A stretch of DNA of 64,000 nucleotides. Source: Octopus vulgaris. Taxonomy: Eukaryota. The stretch lies in NCBI GenBank assembly GCA_951406725.2, contig OX597834.1:372001-436000 (forward strand). The letters are read 5' to 3'. Each line of letters opens with the position of its first letter. Within the stretch, counting starts at the first letter, position 1. Below the pieces are notes generated by a model. That model did not search any database, was not told where the DNA came from, and worked only from the letters and a program-made list of their open reading frames with translations. This document shows positions 39,839-54,185 of the stretch, piece by piece. A program made the position numbers and the translations under genes.

Positions 39839-40194
39839 CAAGAGTTAAGGAATGGAGTAGATAAGATCCGGGCTACATATGTTTTATAGCAAGCGGAATC
39901 TTGGAAATGGTAAATAGCCAAGAGAGGTGTATAACCACAGGCTACTCTCGCCAGGCCCAGGACATCTTGATTAAATGAAAGTTTACACATTTTACACGTT
40001 CTGAATGAATCTCCCAGGTATTAACATTTACCTCTTTGCAACAATGTAAACTTTCATTTAATCAATACACCCTTGGCCTGGCGAGAGTAGCATGTGGTAT
40101 ATACACCTTGCTTGGATACTTACCATTTCCAAGGTTCCTCTCGCTATGAAGTATATGTAGCCCAGATCTTATTTACTCCATTCCTTAACTCATG
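39839..40194. mobile_element. MITE with ~148-bp terminal inverted repeats
   Basis: CAAGAGTTAAGGAATGGAGTAGATAAGATC ... GATCTTATTTACTCCATTCCTTAACTCATG|TA with a ~57-bp unique core. Confidence 0.85.
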
Positions 40195-41179
40195 TAATCT
40201 TATTCACATACCCAGCTTCATTGGTCACCTACTATGAAATATTCTTTTCTATTCTAGGCACAAGGCCTGGAATTTTTGTGGAGGGGGCCAGTCTCTTAGA
40301 TAGACCCCAGTATGCAACTGGTATTTAATTTATTGACCCCAAAAAGATGAAAGGCAAAGTCAACTTCAGTGAAATTTGAACTCAGAACATAAAGATAGAC
40401 GAAATACCTATTTCTTTACTACCCACCTATATCAGCAATGATAATAGGAATTATTATGAAGTTGCATAACATTACCTTTAATTCTTTTTATACATATACA
40501 GCTTTATATATATACATATACATATATATACACACTCACACGATTGACTCTCTCATTGAAGACAACTTATGACTATTCAGCTTTTGCCAAACGAGCTGCA
40601 CAAATGATTTGCTTATAGTGATCAAATGTTCTTGCTGCATATTCGCTTGCATTACCTGAACAGGTGCACTGTGTGCCATACATCAAGTGTTGAAGTGATC
40701 ACAGAGCAACGTGAGATGGAGCGTTTTGTTCAGGAAAACAATGCATTAGTAATCTAGGAAGTGAAACCACGATCTCACGAGTGTGAGTCCAAAACTCTAA
40801 CCGCTATGTCATACACCCTCATTCACACACACACACACAGAGTTTCATGAAGCCTTATCTAATAATATATATAAATGTTTTAAATGTTTTTTTTAAGCCA
40901 AAACAATGCAGTTTATAAAAAAAAAATGAAGAATAAAGTTTGAAGGTTTGCATTCTTAACTTGAATTAAAATATTTTAGGATTAGGACTCTACTTCAGGA
41001 AATTTACAGAGAAAAGGGGTTGAAATTTAATTTTTCTGCTCTGTAATGGTGTAAATTTCCTAAAGAAGGGGTTCTAACTCTGAAATATTAAAATATTAGG
41101 TAATGGTTCAAACCACTGGCCTTTAACTTTTATTATTAATCTTTATAACTTGCATTGTTTCAACTTTAAAAAAATACAG

Positions 41180-41287
41180 GTAGGCTCGAAATGTTAAAGA
41201 CATTTTCACTTCCCGAGCGTTATTCTAATACATCTGTTTGATGTCTACACCACCTGTCTCCGTCTTTTGGTTTTTGCGAATTCTCCC
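41180..41287 (+). mobile_element. Penelope-type terminal fragment retaining only the 3' half of the hammerhead
   Basis: GTAGGCTC-GAAA-TGT-T-AAAG...; homologous to the reverse complement of 15806-15918; ends at (TA)n. Confidence 0.6.
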
Positions 41288-43598
41288 TATATATATATAT
41301 ATATATATATATGGTATATTATGTTAAGAACGTAGTAGAGTACAGTATAAAGCTGGTCCACCTTCAGATTTCCCCCTTTGCTGTCCAGCACTAGTATTAT
41401 ATGTGCTTCCAGGCTTGTGGTTGGGCTTCTGTTGTGTGTGAATAGATAACTGAAGTAATTGGAGTCAACAAGGCGGAGTAGGATTGGACATTTATTTTTG
41501 AATCGCTGCAATTGTTTCCACATTCTCCAAGTGTGCAGGTATTTGATTATGCACCTATTTCCCTGCATTATGAGATCATTTCGATTATACACACATACAT
41601 AAATATGTGTGAATGTATAGAAGCATGTGTATATTTGTCGATAATATTTATTCAAAGCTAAGTCTTTATGAGTTTCTATTTGGAGTTGCTTAAACTTGAT
41701 TCTCAAGTGACTGGCAATATAATATTACATGATGTCTTGTATACACACCAAATCATGTGATTATATATATAAAACATGGTGGGAATTACTGCTTCTAAAT
41801 TTGGCAGCCACATAACAATGGAAAAATATAGAGAAATATATAAAACTTTCTATGGAATAAATTCTGTAGAGGAGGCGATTTTTTTTTAAAGGAAAGCTTT
41901 TAGGAAAATTTTATGGGAAGAATTCTATGAAACCTACTTGTTAAGGTCCTTATTAAGAATGTATAAATATTTGGCAATTAGGCAATAAAGGGAGATTAAG
42001 AATTGGTTTATCCATGGTTTATTATGGAGGATATAATATGTAAATATTTTCTCTTTTCTGCATTTCATTTTGATTTTGTGTTTGGGAGTTAAGTGGTTAT
42101 TTATTGTTGTTAATATTAAGTCCTCAGTTCAAATTCAGCTGGGGTCAGCTTTGCCTTTCTGAAGTGATCTTCTTAATCACACAACTTGGTTGGGGGTTCT
42201 GAAACTCTTTAGGGAGTGACTTTGCTTATATGGGGGATCTGACTAATCCTTTGCCCAGTTTAGCATCACCATCTGCTCCCTTTAACAGAGTCCCCTTAGG
42301 TGCAAACATTCAGATGAGGTCCCTAGTCTCAAGATACCTTCCTCCTACAAATAATAGACACTCTCTTAGAGTCATGCATGTTGCCCTGAGACCCTAAAAT
42401 TGTAAAATCTTCAGTTTTAAAGTGGAAGCCTCCCATGAAACACATGAAATTTGTCAAGCTGGAGCTAGAACCTGTATGTGGTAGGTTGACTTGCTAGAAA
42501 TGGCAAAGAAATCTCTTTCAATACACAAAATACCATCTTTTAAAAGAGAGAATAACACATTGAATAATTTGCTTCCCAGTGGAATGTGTCAGCAAAACAA
42601 AACTAGATGGGATGGTCACGGTTGGATTGTCTTCTGATTTGAGCTGACATTGGGCTAAGCAATGCAGCAACAACTTGATGTAATAATATGCATAAAAAGT
42701 CTACCTACAAACCTAATTGGCAATTGCTTTTTAATTAAGTACAAAAGTAATTTATGCAAACCTCCCCTACATAATTAGGTAGAACCAGCTGTGGCAGATC
42801 TGAAATTCTAAAGAATCAAAAGTGTGGGGGTAGGGGTAGGGGTGGCAATGAAATACTAGGAACAGCATCAACAATAATTCTCTTTAATATTCACCCTTTC
42901 CAAGAGAACTACTATGAGGACATGCAGTATGCTAGAAATAACAGTTAAACTTCCCTCAAATTACATTTTATTAATACTTGTACAATTTACTGACAGCAAT
43001 GGTTTTAAAGTACTCAATACTGGTGATAGAGCAATAGTGACATGAATCAAAAATTTAAACCGGGGGAGGCCATTTTAGAAGACTTTTTTCTGAATCATCA
43101 GAAAAATTTCTGGGGAGTCAAAAGAAGAATCTCCTGGGAATAGTATTCCTGAGTTTGCTAAGCTTTATTTCTTCTGAAGGACACAGCTATGTAGACATTC
43201 CTAACAAACGTGATGGTCATGGATGGAATGTTTGGATTTAAGCTGGGCTTGAACAACAAAGTCATCTCTTAGAGAAACATCTTAATGTGACAAAGCTGAA
43301 GAGGTTTTGGCTGTGCAGTTAAGAAGCTTGCTTCCCAACCATGGGATCTTGGGTTCAGTCTCACTGCAGGACTCCTTGGACAAGTGTCCTCTACTCTAGT
43401 CCTGAATTGACCAAAGCCTTCTGAGCAGATTTAGAACAAGACCATCAAGTTCAAGAGAGGGGATAAATTGATGATATCGGCCCCACTGCTCAACTGGTCC
43501 TTATTTTATTGACCTTGAAAGGATGAAAGGCAAAGTCAACTTAGGCTGGATGTGAACTTAGAATGTAAAGATGGACAAAATACTGCAAAACATTCTGT

Positions 43599-43648
<50 letters not shown>

Positions 43649-43665
43649 ATGTATTTGTGTGTGTG

Positions 43666-44538
43666 TATGGTCTGATCAATAAGTATTTGAATTGTTGCTA
43701 TAGCAATGAAGCTAAAGCATGCAGTGTGAAGCTGCTTGGCACAAATTGACCTTGAACTCTATTGTGCATGTGTACTAAGTTTTAACATTCTAGCTTACTT
43801 CTGCTGTTTACAGGAAGGAAGGTGTGTAGCGTGTGATCATTGCATTAACCATGACAGAGAAAGTTGTGATGGCAACACCAGCCCAGAGACCTACACAAAG
43901 TTGCAGAAAAGGTATGGAGAGAAGTGAATGAGCCACACACAAATGTGTGAGTGGTTCAGACATTACCAAGATGGCCAAAAAAAATGTTGATATTGATGAA
44001 TGTTCTCAGAGACCCACAACCAGCAGAACGGAGAACAACATCACAGATGTACATGCAGCTGTGAAGGGAAATCATTGAATCACCATCCGTGAGTTATCAG
44101 AGGATGTGCAGATTAGTTCCTGTTCAGTTCAGTCCATTATCACAGAAGATTTGGGTATGAGACATGTGTCTGCCAAGTTTGTGCCAAAACTGCTTTCAGC
44201 TTTCATCAAAATAACATTCGGGTTTCAGTTTCACAAGATCTCCTTGATTGGGTCGAGAATGATTAAAACTTTCTGAAAACTTGGAATAGGCCTCTGAGCA
44301 AGTATTGCTAAGCTTTTGGCAAAATTTGATGCTCATCTTCCTCTGTCATTGTCAATGTGACAGTCACATGCTACACACCTTCCTTCCAAGCACTTCTGTA
44401 AACAGCGGAAATGAGTTGGAATATTAAAACTTATTGCTAATGCAGTGTTCAAGGGCAATCTGTGCCAAGTGGTTTCACTCTGCATGCTTTAGCTTCGTTA
44501 CTGTAGCAACAGTCCGGATATTTATTGATCAGACCACG
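43666..44538 (+). mobile_element. Non-autonomous mariner with extended (about 95 bp or more) TIRs
   Basis: TGGTCTGATCAATAA...GCTAAAGCATGCAG..GGCACAAATTGACCTTGAAC is mirrored at 44445-44538|TA. Internal ITIRELSEDVQIS...EDLGMRHVSAKFVPKLL; no catalytic domain. Confidence 0.88.
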
Positions 44539-44705
44539 TAGTATGTCCAAATTTGGCCAAATGCGTTTTATTCTATATTTATTTTGATTGCAGCAGCCAG
44601 TTCTTTTGGTCAAACTATCTTATCTCCAGTTGCTTCACATGAAAATTGTCAAAGTGTAGTTCAACAGTTTAGCATTTTTCAAAGGTGTTGCAAGCTCCCC
44701 CCCCA

Positions 44706-44756
<51 letters not shown>

Positions 44757-44898
44757 AAATAAGCAGCCTGATTATTTTATTTCTTTATTATTTTATAATA
44801 GCCTTTATTTATTTATTTATTTATTCATAAAATAAATCTAATATTTGTACCTCTATAAATTCATACTTAGCTTATATATAACAATACTGGTATACTCT

Positions 44899-45305
44899 CT
44901 CTTTACTCTTTTACTCTTTTACTTGTTTCAGTCATTTGACTGCGGCCATGCTGGAGCATCGCCTTTAATCGAGCAACTCGACCCCGGGACTTATTCTTTT
45001 GTAAGCCCAGTACTTATTCTATCGGTCTCTTTTGCCGAACCGCTAAGTAACGGGGACATAAACACACCAGCATCGGTTGTCAAGCAATGCTAGGGGGACA
45101 AACACAGACACACAAACACACACACACACATATATATATACATATATACAACGGGCTTCTTTCAGTTTCCGTCTACCAAATCCACTCACAAGGCTTTGGT
45201 TGGCCCGAGGCTATAGTAGAAGACACTTGCCCAAGGTGCCACGCAGTGGGACTGAACTCGGAACCATGTGGTTGGTAAACAAGCTACTTACCACACAGCC
45301 ACTCC
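44899..45305 (-). mobile_element. Young full-length tRNA-derived SINE (family of 16740-17148)
   Basis: Reverse-complement match with CpGs largely preserved. Confidence 0.92.
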
Positions 45306-47311
45306 ATACTCCTTAAGTATGTTCACTACTTAAAATAAACTGCTTAGATTATAATTAAATTAATTCACAGTTAGCATGTTCTTCTACCTCAGTACCCCTT
45401 TATTAAATACCAGTATATACCAATTGATCAATATACACTGATACCATCTGATTAATTAGTATTTAAGTTTTATAATATGTATAAATATTAAACTATTTCT
45501 GGATAATTTCTTTTCACCCCTCTATTGTGGTAAAAGTTTGGTATATATTCAATAGTATTCATAAAACATTTTATCCTTTTATTATAATTCTTCTTCTTAA
45601 TAATCATCTGAATAACCAAAAACTTCAACTTTATACGATATTGCAGTATTGCTTAAAATACTTAACTATAGTACTACATGATAAGATTTCCCCTGTTTTC
45701 ATATCAGCACCCTTGTCAGTTAACATCTTGATTTAAGTTTTCCTTTACCAAACCCCATGGTATTGCTTCAAATAAATTTTTATTTTTATGACTATATCCA
45801 CTATGATTTCTGTTGACTCCCTCAGCCCTACCCCTAACAGACTCGGCCTTAAATATACAAGGATTTGATAAAACTAGTCTATAAATTAAAACTGACCCCA
45901 TATAAAAGTGACAAGCAAAATCTGTAACAAACCTTTCTTCCTGATAACTTAGATTCTAAGTGGAAGGAAGGGCAACAATGTTCTTTGTCTATCTCCTTAA
46001 CTTCTTGGAGATTTTAGGCAAAATTATACTAATGTGTCCATCTGTTTTAATTTAATTAAATTCTATGTCTTTGTGCAGCTGAGGATTGCTCTGCATTTAA
46101 ATTGATGTAATGGTTGCATTGTTCAATTAAATGGAGTTGTGTAAAACGATCGTACTGGATATCCTTGTTGCTTATTTTGATTCTAATCACCCTATTTTAA
46201 AATTGTATGGATAATACCGTACTAAATTCTGGTGCCTCAACTTAAGTGCCATATTCATCTGTATCTAAATTTTTGCTGAACTTATATATATATATATATA
46301 TGTATCATCATCATCTTCATTGAAGTTCATGTTCCTTGTGTGTGGTGGGTGTATGCGTGGAGGTGTATTTGTGTGTATGTCATATTTGTCCCTCCCCACT
46401 GCTTGACATCTGATGCTGGTTTGTTTACATCCTCATAACTTAATGGTCCAATTCAAAAGAGGCTGATAGAATAAATACCAGTAAGTAGTGGGGTCAATTG
46501 GATTAAACCCTTTAAAGGTGCTACCCTTGTGTGGCCCCAGTCTAATGCCGGAAACAAGTAAAAGACAAACATCCAATGTTCCCGACTCCTTAAATTACTA
46601 ACAAACCTCTCACAACCAATATTTTTAAGTAAGTTATTGATTATTGATTTCTGATGAATCCTCCCTGCGCCCCCCCTCCACCAGTTAACCCAATCCATAT
46701 CACTCCAGTTCATCATCATAAAACCCTCCACAACACCAATGCCAACCAATCATCTATTTTTTTAATCATGTCTGACATATGAACAGCATGAAGAGTGAGG
46801 CTATTGGCAGCTTCATCCAATCTGTTGAGGCTTTTATTGTCTTCCTAATTAGTTTTGTATAAATTCTCATCTACAATTAAAGCCGACCATTAATGAATGG
46901 AGCCTCATAAACACTGTGCTGATCAAACAGCAACAGAACAATTCAGAACAGAACTAACGAAGAATCTAATTAATATCTCTGTGGTTTACCATATTGATGG
47001 CACTCAACATAAACAGACTCCAATGTTTCGTTGGGTGCCAGCTTTTCAGTAATAAACATCATCGAGAGACCAAAGTCATGGGACAAATCTACTTTAGAGA
47101 ACGAAGGAGCCTCTACATGGTTGCTCAAATTGTTAGAAATACCAGCAGACCTGCCCTTTATTGTTGTTAGAAAAGGAAGGACATATTAAGTAATATTGTT
47201 TTAGAAGGAGTGGTCATGGTTAGACTATCTGATCATAGGTCTGCTTAATCAGAGTCAGCCTGTGGTTAATGAACATTAGATACAGGGGAAAATGGTAAGA
47301 GTGAGCAAAAT

Positions 47312-47349
<38 letters not shown>

Positions 47350-47392
47350 TAATACATAGAGGTATGGGTAGGAAGGATACACACACACACAC

Positions 47393-48065
47393 AAGAGGGT
47401 TGTACTAAAATCAATACAAAAGTGGGTGCAGCTCTTTTTATTAACTGATATTGGTCATTGAGTTTCCCTTAGAGGTAGAGTGACACTCTGCCCTTTTAAC
47501 CATTCTTCCTGTTCTTCGTCATTTGGGGCAAACAATAGGTTCTGTCACTGAAGTCTCAATATAGGAGGGTTGCGGTTGTTCAGTTTTCACAGACGCCTAC
47601 ATATTGTTTATAAAGATGACACAAACTCATAAGAGCAATGTGCACCAATGAGGAAGGTTTAAAGAAGAAGCAACCAGCATTGAAGACAAACTATGCAGTG
47701 GGAGACAATCAACCGTGACCACTGTGAGTGGACAAACTATGCAGTGGGAGACAATCAACCGTGACCACTGGCTTGAATTGCCAGTGAGTGGACAAAATGA
47801 TTCAAGTAGACAGACAAGTCACAAGCCATGAACCTGCTGCCCAACTGGGCGGTGATCACAACTGTTACCGAAGATGGTAGATTTTGGGTACAGGAAGCTG
47901 CTTGCAAAGTGGGCAGCCACTTGGAAGAAGAGAAGGATGTCGCTTGGAATGAAATACTTTGGGAAATTTTTGCTTTATGTTATGGAAAGTTGTGGATATT
48001 TGATAAAAACTAATGCAATGCGCATACCTGTACATTGTCATCATTTATGCTTTTCAAGGGGACAC
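47393..48065 (+). mobile_element. Old mariner remnant with a short internal tandem duplication
   Basis: FKEEATSIEDKLCSGRQST and DFGYRKLLAKW fragments; duplicated GACAAACTATGCAGTGGGAGACAATCAACCGTGACCACTG. Confidence 0.65.
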
Positions 48066-48182
48066 AAATGATGACAATGATGTATACAGGTTGTGTGTGT
48101 GTGTGTGAAAAGGTATGTAGATATATATGTATATGACAGAACTATTACACACATATACAGACACACGCAAACACACACACAA

Positions 48183-48214
<32 letters not shown>

Positions 48215-48494
48215 ACACACTTACGTGTGCCTTGATGGATATTGTTATGTACAGTTTGGATATTTTAGATGTCCGAAGTGTAAACTAATCCAATATGTCG
48301 ACTAATTGCATTTAGTAAATTAATAAACTGCTGATGCCCCCCGCCCCACATACACACTTGCCATCCTGGAGCAAACAAAAAAAAAGTGAATCAATAAATA
48401 ACAAATAAAACAATAGAAACAACTGCGACAGCAACAACAAGAATATTAGCAACATCGACAACAGCAACACTATCAGGTGTTAGGAACTAATGAG

Positions 48495-48710
48495 GGGATC
48501 CTGTATGTGGTCATTTGACCTGCGAAAAATAGCAGTTAAATCTCCTCTACATTTACTCTCCGTTACCTTAAAATGTTAAAAGAAAACATTGGATAATGTA
48601 GTCCTAGGTGTACTGTGACTAAAAAGAACAAAAATAGGATGGTCCTGGTTGGAATGATTTTGAACAGAAGTCAACTCAATAACTGTTGATCAGGAACCAA
48701 TCAACAACAA
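48495..48710 (+). mobile_element. Copy of a short interspersed repeat ending in (CAA)n
   Basis: Shared block AAATAGCAG..AAATCTCC...GGATGGTC..GGTTGGAATG also occurs at about 4255, 12575-13010 (-), 42475 and 47105. Confidence 0.65.
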
Positions 48711-49289
48711 TTTCAAAATGATGGCATCTTGTCATTTTCTTTTACAATTGTTTGAAGCGGGTATCACATTCTCCTGGAGGAGAACATATTTAAGCAACCC
48801 CAATTATAACAAGGAATTGAACATTACTCCATAATTCTATGGTTTTCTTTATTGTTTTGTTTTGTGATTTCCCTTAAATTTGTGCAGCCAAGGCATCCAA
48901 AGGACGAGGTGGTGGTGTTCAGGCAAAGAAGGAAGTCCATCACAACAATTTAACCACTTCTTCACACTTCTTCACTGCCACAGTTTCTGTTCAGCAAATT
49001 TAAATGAAAAGGCTTCAGTTGACCAGAAGCTATAACAGAAAATATTTGCCTAAAGTTCTGCTTTTTCTCAAAATTACATTGCTTTGAATTAAACGTATTA
49101 ACCACACAGACACACACACAGACACACACAGACACACACACAGACACACACACACACACAGACACGCACACAGCGTTTGTGTAGCTGAAATGTATGAGGA
49201 ATGTTTTATTTCTAAGAACATCCTTCCTGACTCCATGACTCCTGGATGGGTCTAGAAATGCAGCTTAATCTTGTTTCTATTGAAAGTCT

Positions 49290-49570
49290 GGCATGCCATT
49301 GGTTCCAGTTGATTCGATAAATGGACCAACTTGCTTGCGAAATTAACATGCAACTGGCTGAGTATCCCTCAGAGACATGTACTCTTAACTTAGTTCTCAG
49401 GGAGATTCAGTATGACACAGAATACCACAAAACTGGACCTTTGAAATACAGGTACAACTAATTTTTGCCAGCTGAGTGAACTGGAGCAATAAAGTGAAAT
49501 AAAGTGTCTTGCTCAAGGCCACAAAGCACCACTAAGAATCGAACTCACACCCTTATGTTCATGAGCCATG
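49290..49570 (-). mobile_element. tRNA-derived SINE (further family)
   Basis: Minus-strand B box GAGTTCGATTC followed by CCTTGAGCAAGACACTTTATTTCAC; related pieces at about 14620-14805 (+) and 40540-40815 (-). Confidence 0.7.
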
Positions 49571-49996
49571 TCCCTCCATAATCACTGAAAAACTGAGTGA
49601 TAGGTTCCAAGTGCCAGGAAGATGGTAGATAGATGCCCAACACATAGCAGACAAATACCAGGCAGACACCGGATAAGTATCTGACCAAAATAGAACAAGT
49701 GAAGAACAGTGGGAATTAGTTTTCTAGAATCAGCTGAAGGCTTCAGCAAAATATTTCTGGTGGAAGTTTCTGTCCTGCATCAGTTTTGTTTGTTTGAATG
49801 ATTTAAAATACAATCGTTGTAGGAAGCACAAATGTTCTATAAAAGTGAGGGCCATCGAAAGTGTGTGTATGTGAGAGAGATAAATCCAATTAATAAACAA
49901 CAATTTCTTTTGATATGGTTTTCCCCTATTGGGTTATTTTGGCTGTCAGAGATCTACAACTAGAGTCTTTGGTCCCTAACTTCAGAGCCATATATA

Positions 49997-50890
49997 CAAG
50001 GTGGTATCAAAAAGTTTGTGGAGTAGTTCTGTAGCATGTCAACAGGTGGCAGCATGCAATTGTGTGTGCAGTGAGATCTAGCAGTGACCTTCATGAGGCA
50101 GTGGGCTGAGTGACATTGCTGTGTTTACTTTGCTAGTTGTGAAATTTGTGTTTTTGTGATCCCATGTGTCTGCTGTAGTCTGCAATTTTGTTACAGACAG
50201 GAACAAAGAGCCAAAGTGAAATTTTGTGTTAAACTTAGGAAGTTTACTTCAGAGACATTGAGCATGCTTTGGCAAGCTTACAGCAAAGAGGTAATGGGTT
50301 GTATGCAATGTTTCAAGTGGTATGGGTGCTTCAAAAGCAGAAGCACTTCCCTGGAAGATGATGAGCAATCTGGAAGATCGGAAATGTGAGTCATCAAGGG
50401 AAATGTGGAAAATAAAATCATGAGCTTGTGTGTAAGGATCATTGGAGAACAATCATCAACATTGCTGATGTTGTTGATGTTGTTGGTCTGTCGTTGTGGG
50501 TCAGTGCAGGCAATCCTAATGTCCATGAAGAATTGAATTCTTCTTGGCAACAAAGCATCTTGTCTCTGAGATCTCCTCCTCATGAGTTTCTTGCCAAAAA
50601 CAGTTTGGTATCTCTTCTGCATTGTCCCTATTCACCAGATTCAGCACCTGCAGACTTCCATCTCTTCCCCAAGATGAAAAGGCAGCTCAAAGGTCACCGT
50701 TTTAACACTTGTCGAGATCAAGAGTGAATCGCAGAAGGTCTACAACTCACAGAAAACAACTTCCAGGCCAGATGCCAAAAGTAGCAGGAAATGTGGGACC
50801 AGTGTATTGCTGTGCAAAGGGACTATTTCGAAGGAAATGATGTTAAAAATCTAGGTAAATAAGTTATTTTTTATTAAACAACTAATCCAT
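49997..50890 (+). mobile_element. mariner (DD34D) deletion derivative
   Basis: TA|CAAGGTGGTATCAAAAAGTT; EQRAKVKFCVKL..ETLSML, LEDDEQSGR and PYSPDSAPADFHLFPKMK motifs. Confidence 0.88.
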
Positions 50891-51442
50891 CTGGTGACTT
50901 TCACCCACTGATCTTAGGTCAGTGAGAAAGGCAAACAAATGCTGTACTTCCAAGTTAAAAAAAAATTAGTCCAAATTCTAAGAAAAATTCAGATAAAATT
51001 TTGAAGAATAGTAGGGAGTTGTGAGGGGTGGGGAGAAATGATAAATTTTGATAATCAAGAAATGACAGCTTTTGAGGAGTGGAACTTTATGGTTTACAAC
51101 AGGGGTTTTATATTGATATAGATGGTGGGTATAGGAGTGGATTGGTGTGGAGGCTGAGTGGTAGGGGTAGATAGGGGTGGACTGGCAGAATCATGAGAGC
51201 ATCAGACAAAATATTTAACTAAGGCTCTTTATTTCTTTTAAGATCATATCTTTTGGAAGGCACTGCATCTTTCATCCCTCCAGAGTCAATAAAATAAAGT
51301 ACCAGTGATGTACTGGGGGCTTATACTATCAAGGTGGTTTCTTCTCACCAAAATTTTCAGGTTTTGTGCTTTTGTTAAAAATCAATTTGTGGAAGAAGCA
51401 ACTTGAGAAGAGAATGTGAAAGTATTCAGCTTGAGAAAAAGG

Positions 51443-51458
51443 GAGATAGAGAGAGGGA

Positions 51459-51489
<31 letters not shown>

Positions 51490-51812
51490 GGAGAGAGAGA
51501 AAGAGAGAGAGGGAGAGAGAGAAAGAGAGAGAGGGAGAGAGAGAAAGAGAGAGAGGGAGAGAGAGAAAGAGAGAGAGAGAGAGAGGGAGAGAGGGAGAGA
51601 AAGAAAGAGAGAGAGGGAGAGAACAAGAGAGATAGAGAGAGAGAGAGAAAGAAAGAGAGAGAGGGAGAGAGAGAAAGAAAGAGAGAGAGAGAAAAAGAGA
51701 GATAGAGAGAGGGAGAGAGAGAAAGAGAGAGAGGGAGAGAGAGAAAGAAAGAGAGAGAGGGAGAGAGGGAGAGAGAGAAAGAAAGAGAGAGAGAAAAAGA
51801 GATAGAGAGAGG

Positions 51813-51846
<34 letters not shown>

Positions 51847-51905
51847 GAGAGGGAGAGAGAAAGAGAGGGAGAAAGAGAGGGAGAAAGAGAGAGATAGAGA
51901 GAGAT

Positions 51906-51951
<46 letters not shown>
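51443..51951. repeat. (GA)n polypurine microsatellite
   Basis: Directly visible. Confidence 0.97.
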
Positions 51952-51953
<2 letters not shown>

Positions 51954-52734
51954 GTTGGATGTTGTTTGTTTGCAGCAGAGAAGAGAATTGTCAGTGAATC
52001 AGTTGGTAATAATGAGATTTTAAGATGCCAGCTTCGATTGTGAGACTAGCTTTTGTGTGCTTGCTTCACTGGATTCGAAATTTCCACCCAGCGGGTGCAG
52101 AGGTAGCCTTGCATGAAAATCAAAACTGAAACGAATTTCAAATCTTGCACTTAATTACAAGGTCAATCAACTTAGTTAAGATTGGTTTCTAACAGGAAAC
52201 TGCTTGCTAATTCTTAATTCCCTAATTTGGTAATGCTGGAGGTTTTTTTTAATTAGAAGAAAGTCACTGTGAAAGTAAATTTATTCTGTACACAAAATAG
52301 AAAATAAAATGTAAACAATAAAATTAAAAAACAAGTCACTTCTGCTAAAATATACAATGTTTGTAGAAAGAAAGTGTTTTGTCTTCTTCTGCTGCAGCAA
52401 CCATTAGCAATGATTTGCATGATTGATGGTTGTGAAGGCCTGGCAGCCGAGGCAACAGCTTGTGTATATCTTTATTGATGTGAAAGATGAGCACATTTTA
52501 CTCACATTTCTACAACACTGCCTCAATTAATCGATAGCAATTGAGGTTAGAATTTTCTAAATATTTACATGCATCCACAAACACTGTGAAAACCCTTTGC
52601 ATATTTTCTCAACCAGACAATATATCTATGCAGTCAATAGAATATTTTAGAATTCACATTTTCTCTTATCTCGTCAACACAACCATCAAGGAAGTGTTAC
52701 TCATATAGAGTCGATATAATTTTCAAGACCACTC

Positions 52735-52926
52735 TCTTCTTCTTCTTCTCATTCTTCTTCTTCTTCTTCTTCTTCTTCTTCTTCTTCTTCTTCTCATTCT
52801 TCTTCTTCTTCTCATTCTTCTTCTTCTTCTCATTCTTCTTCTTCTTCTTCTTCTTCTTCTCATTCTTCTTCTTCTCATTCTTCTTCTTCTTCTTCTTCTT
52901 CTTCTTCTTCTTCTTCTTCTTCTTCT
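52735..52926. repeat. (CTT)n microsatellite with CTCATT interruptions
   Basis: Directly visible; source of the poly-Arg ORF. Confidence 0.97.
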
Positions 52927-53570
52927 ACTCACATCATCTTATCAATTTATGGTTAAAGATGTTTAGTTCGCTCTGGTCGATGAAGTTACTGAAAAATGCT
53001 AACAACTTATTTCAATGTTTGATGACTGAAGTTGTTTCAAAACTCAGTAAATATTTTTGAATATATAAATATTTAACATAGATTTCAGAGTTGTTTCTAA
53101 ATGAAGCAGGATTAGAGAATCTTTTCTTCTTATCTCGAATGAAATAATTATTTTAACATAAAAATCACATTCCTCAGTGTTGAATTTTGAAAACACTGTC
53201 ATCATATGCTGCCCCTCCCGTCATCATCGTCATTGTCATCATCATCTTCTTTTTATATTTCCTATTCCATACTGTCCTTGGTTGCCTGACTTTTCTTTGA
53301 GGCCCTGGTTTAAGGCCCAAAACCCTTCATGCTGTCCACCATTTTGGTTATCATTTAGTTATCACAATATGTTGCAACACATTGTATCTAGTCCAGAACT
53401 AGGATACACATTACCTTCATCATAGCATCATGTATAGACATGATAGCATCCTCTATATACACTCATCACAACATCATGTATATACACTCATGACCATCAC
53501 ATACATAGTCACAGCATCAGGTGTATACACCCATAACACCTTATATATAATACATATATATAAACTTTTA

Positions 53571-54185
53571 TTGAGTCATACCATAAATAATGTGATTTTT
53601 TCAATTGCATGAACTAAAAGTTGGAGGGGAACAGGATAATCTACCTGTATCAACTTGCTATAAAAGATGTTAGTAATTTTACCTTGTTCTTAATCTTAGT
53701 GCAAGTTTTGAAGAGTGCAGTACGATTCTAATAGTTATTTTTTCAAAGCTATAATGGAAGTGACAAAGGAGCATATTTGGCATATTTTGCTTTATGAGTT
53801 CAATAAAGGCAACAGAATGTGTGAGGAATATTAATTCAGTCTATGGGAATCAGACAATAAGCATAAATTAGTGTCAATAGTGATTCCAGAAATTCTGAGC
53901 CAGAATGGTGTTCTTCCATCAGGATAAGACTTGGCCACATACAGCAAGGATGACATTCCAAAGGGTGGAGCAGTTGGAATGGGAAACAATGCTTCATCCC
54001 CCATATTCGCCAGACATTGCCCCATCTCATTATCATTTATTCTGCAGTCTTCAAAATCACTTGGAGAGAAAAAATACGAATCCTGTAGACATGGTCAGTG
54101 CGATACCGGAGGAGTATTTTTCATCACAGACAAGTGAATTTTGGAAGAGGGGTCTTGCAAGTTTAGCAGATAGATTGAAGAGCGT
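53571..54185 (+). mobile_element. mariner (DD34D) deletion derivative, 3' end truncated by an RTE fragment
   Basis: MEVTKEHIWHILLYEFNKG and FHQDKTWPH...HPPYSPDIAPSHYHLF motifs. Confidence 0.88.

Noticed and set aside
41287-41706. 139-aa minus-strand ORF
   Set aside because: No recognisable motif, and it includes microsatellite; at most an eroded element fragment.
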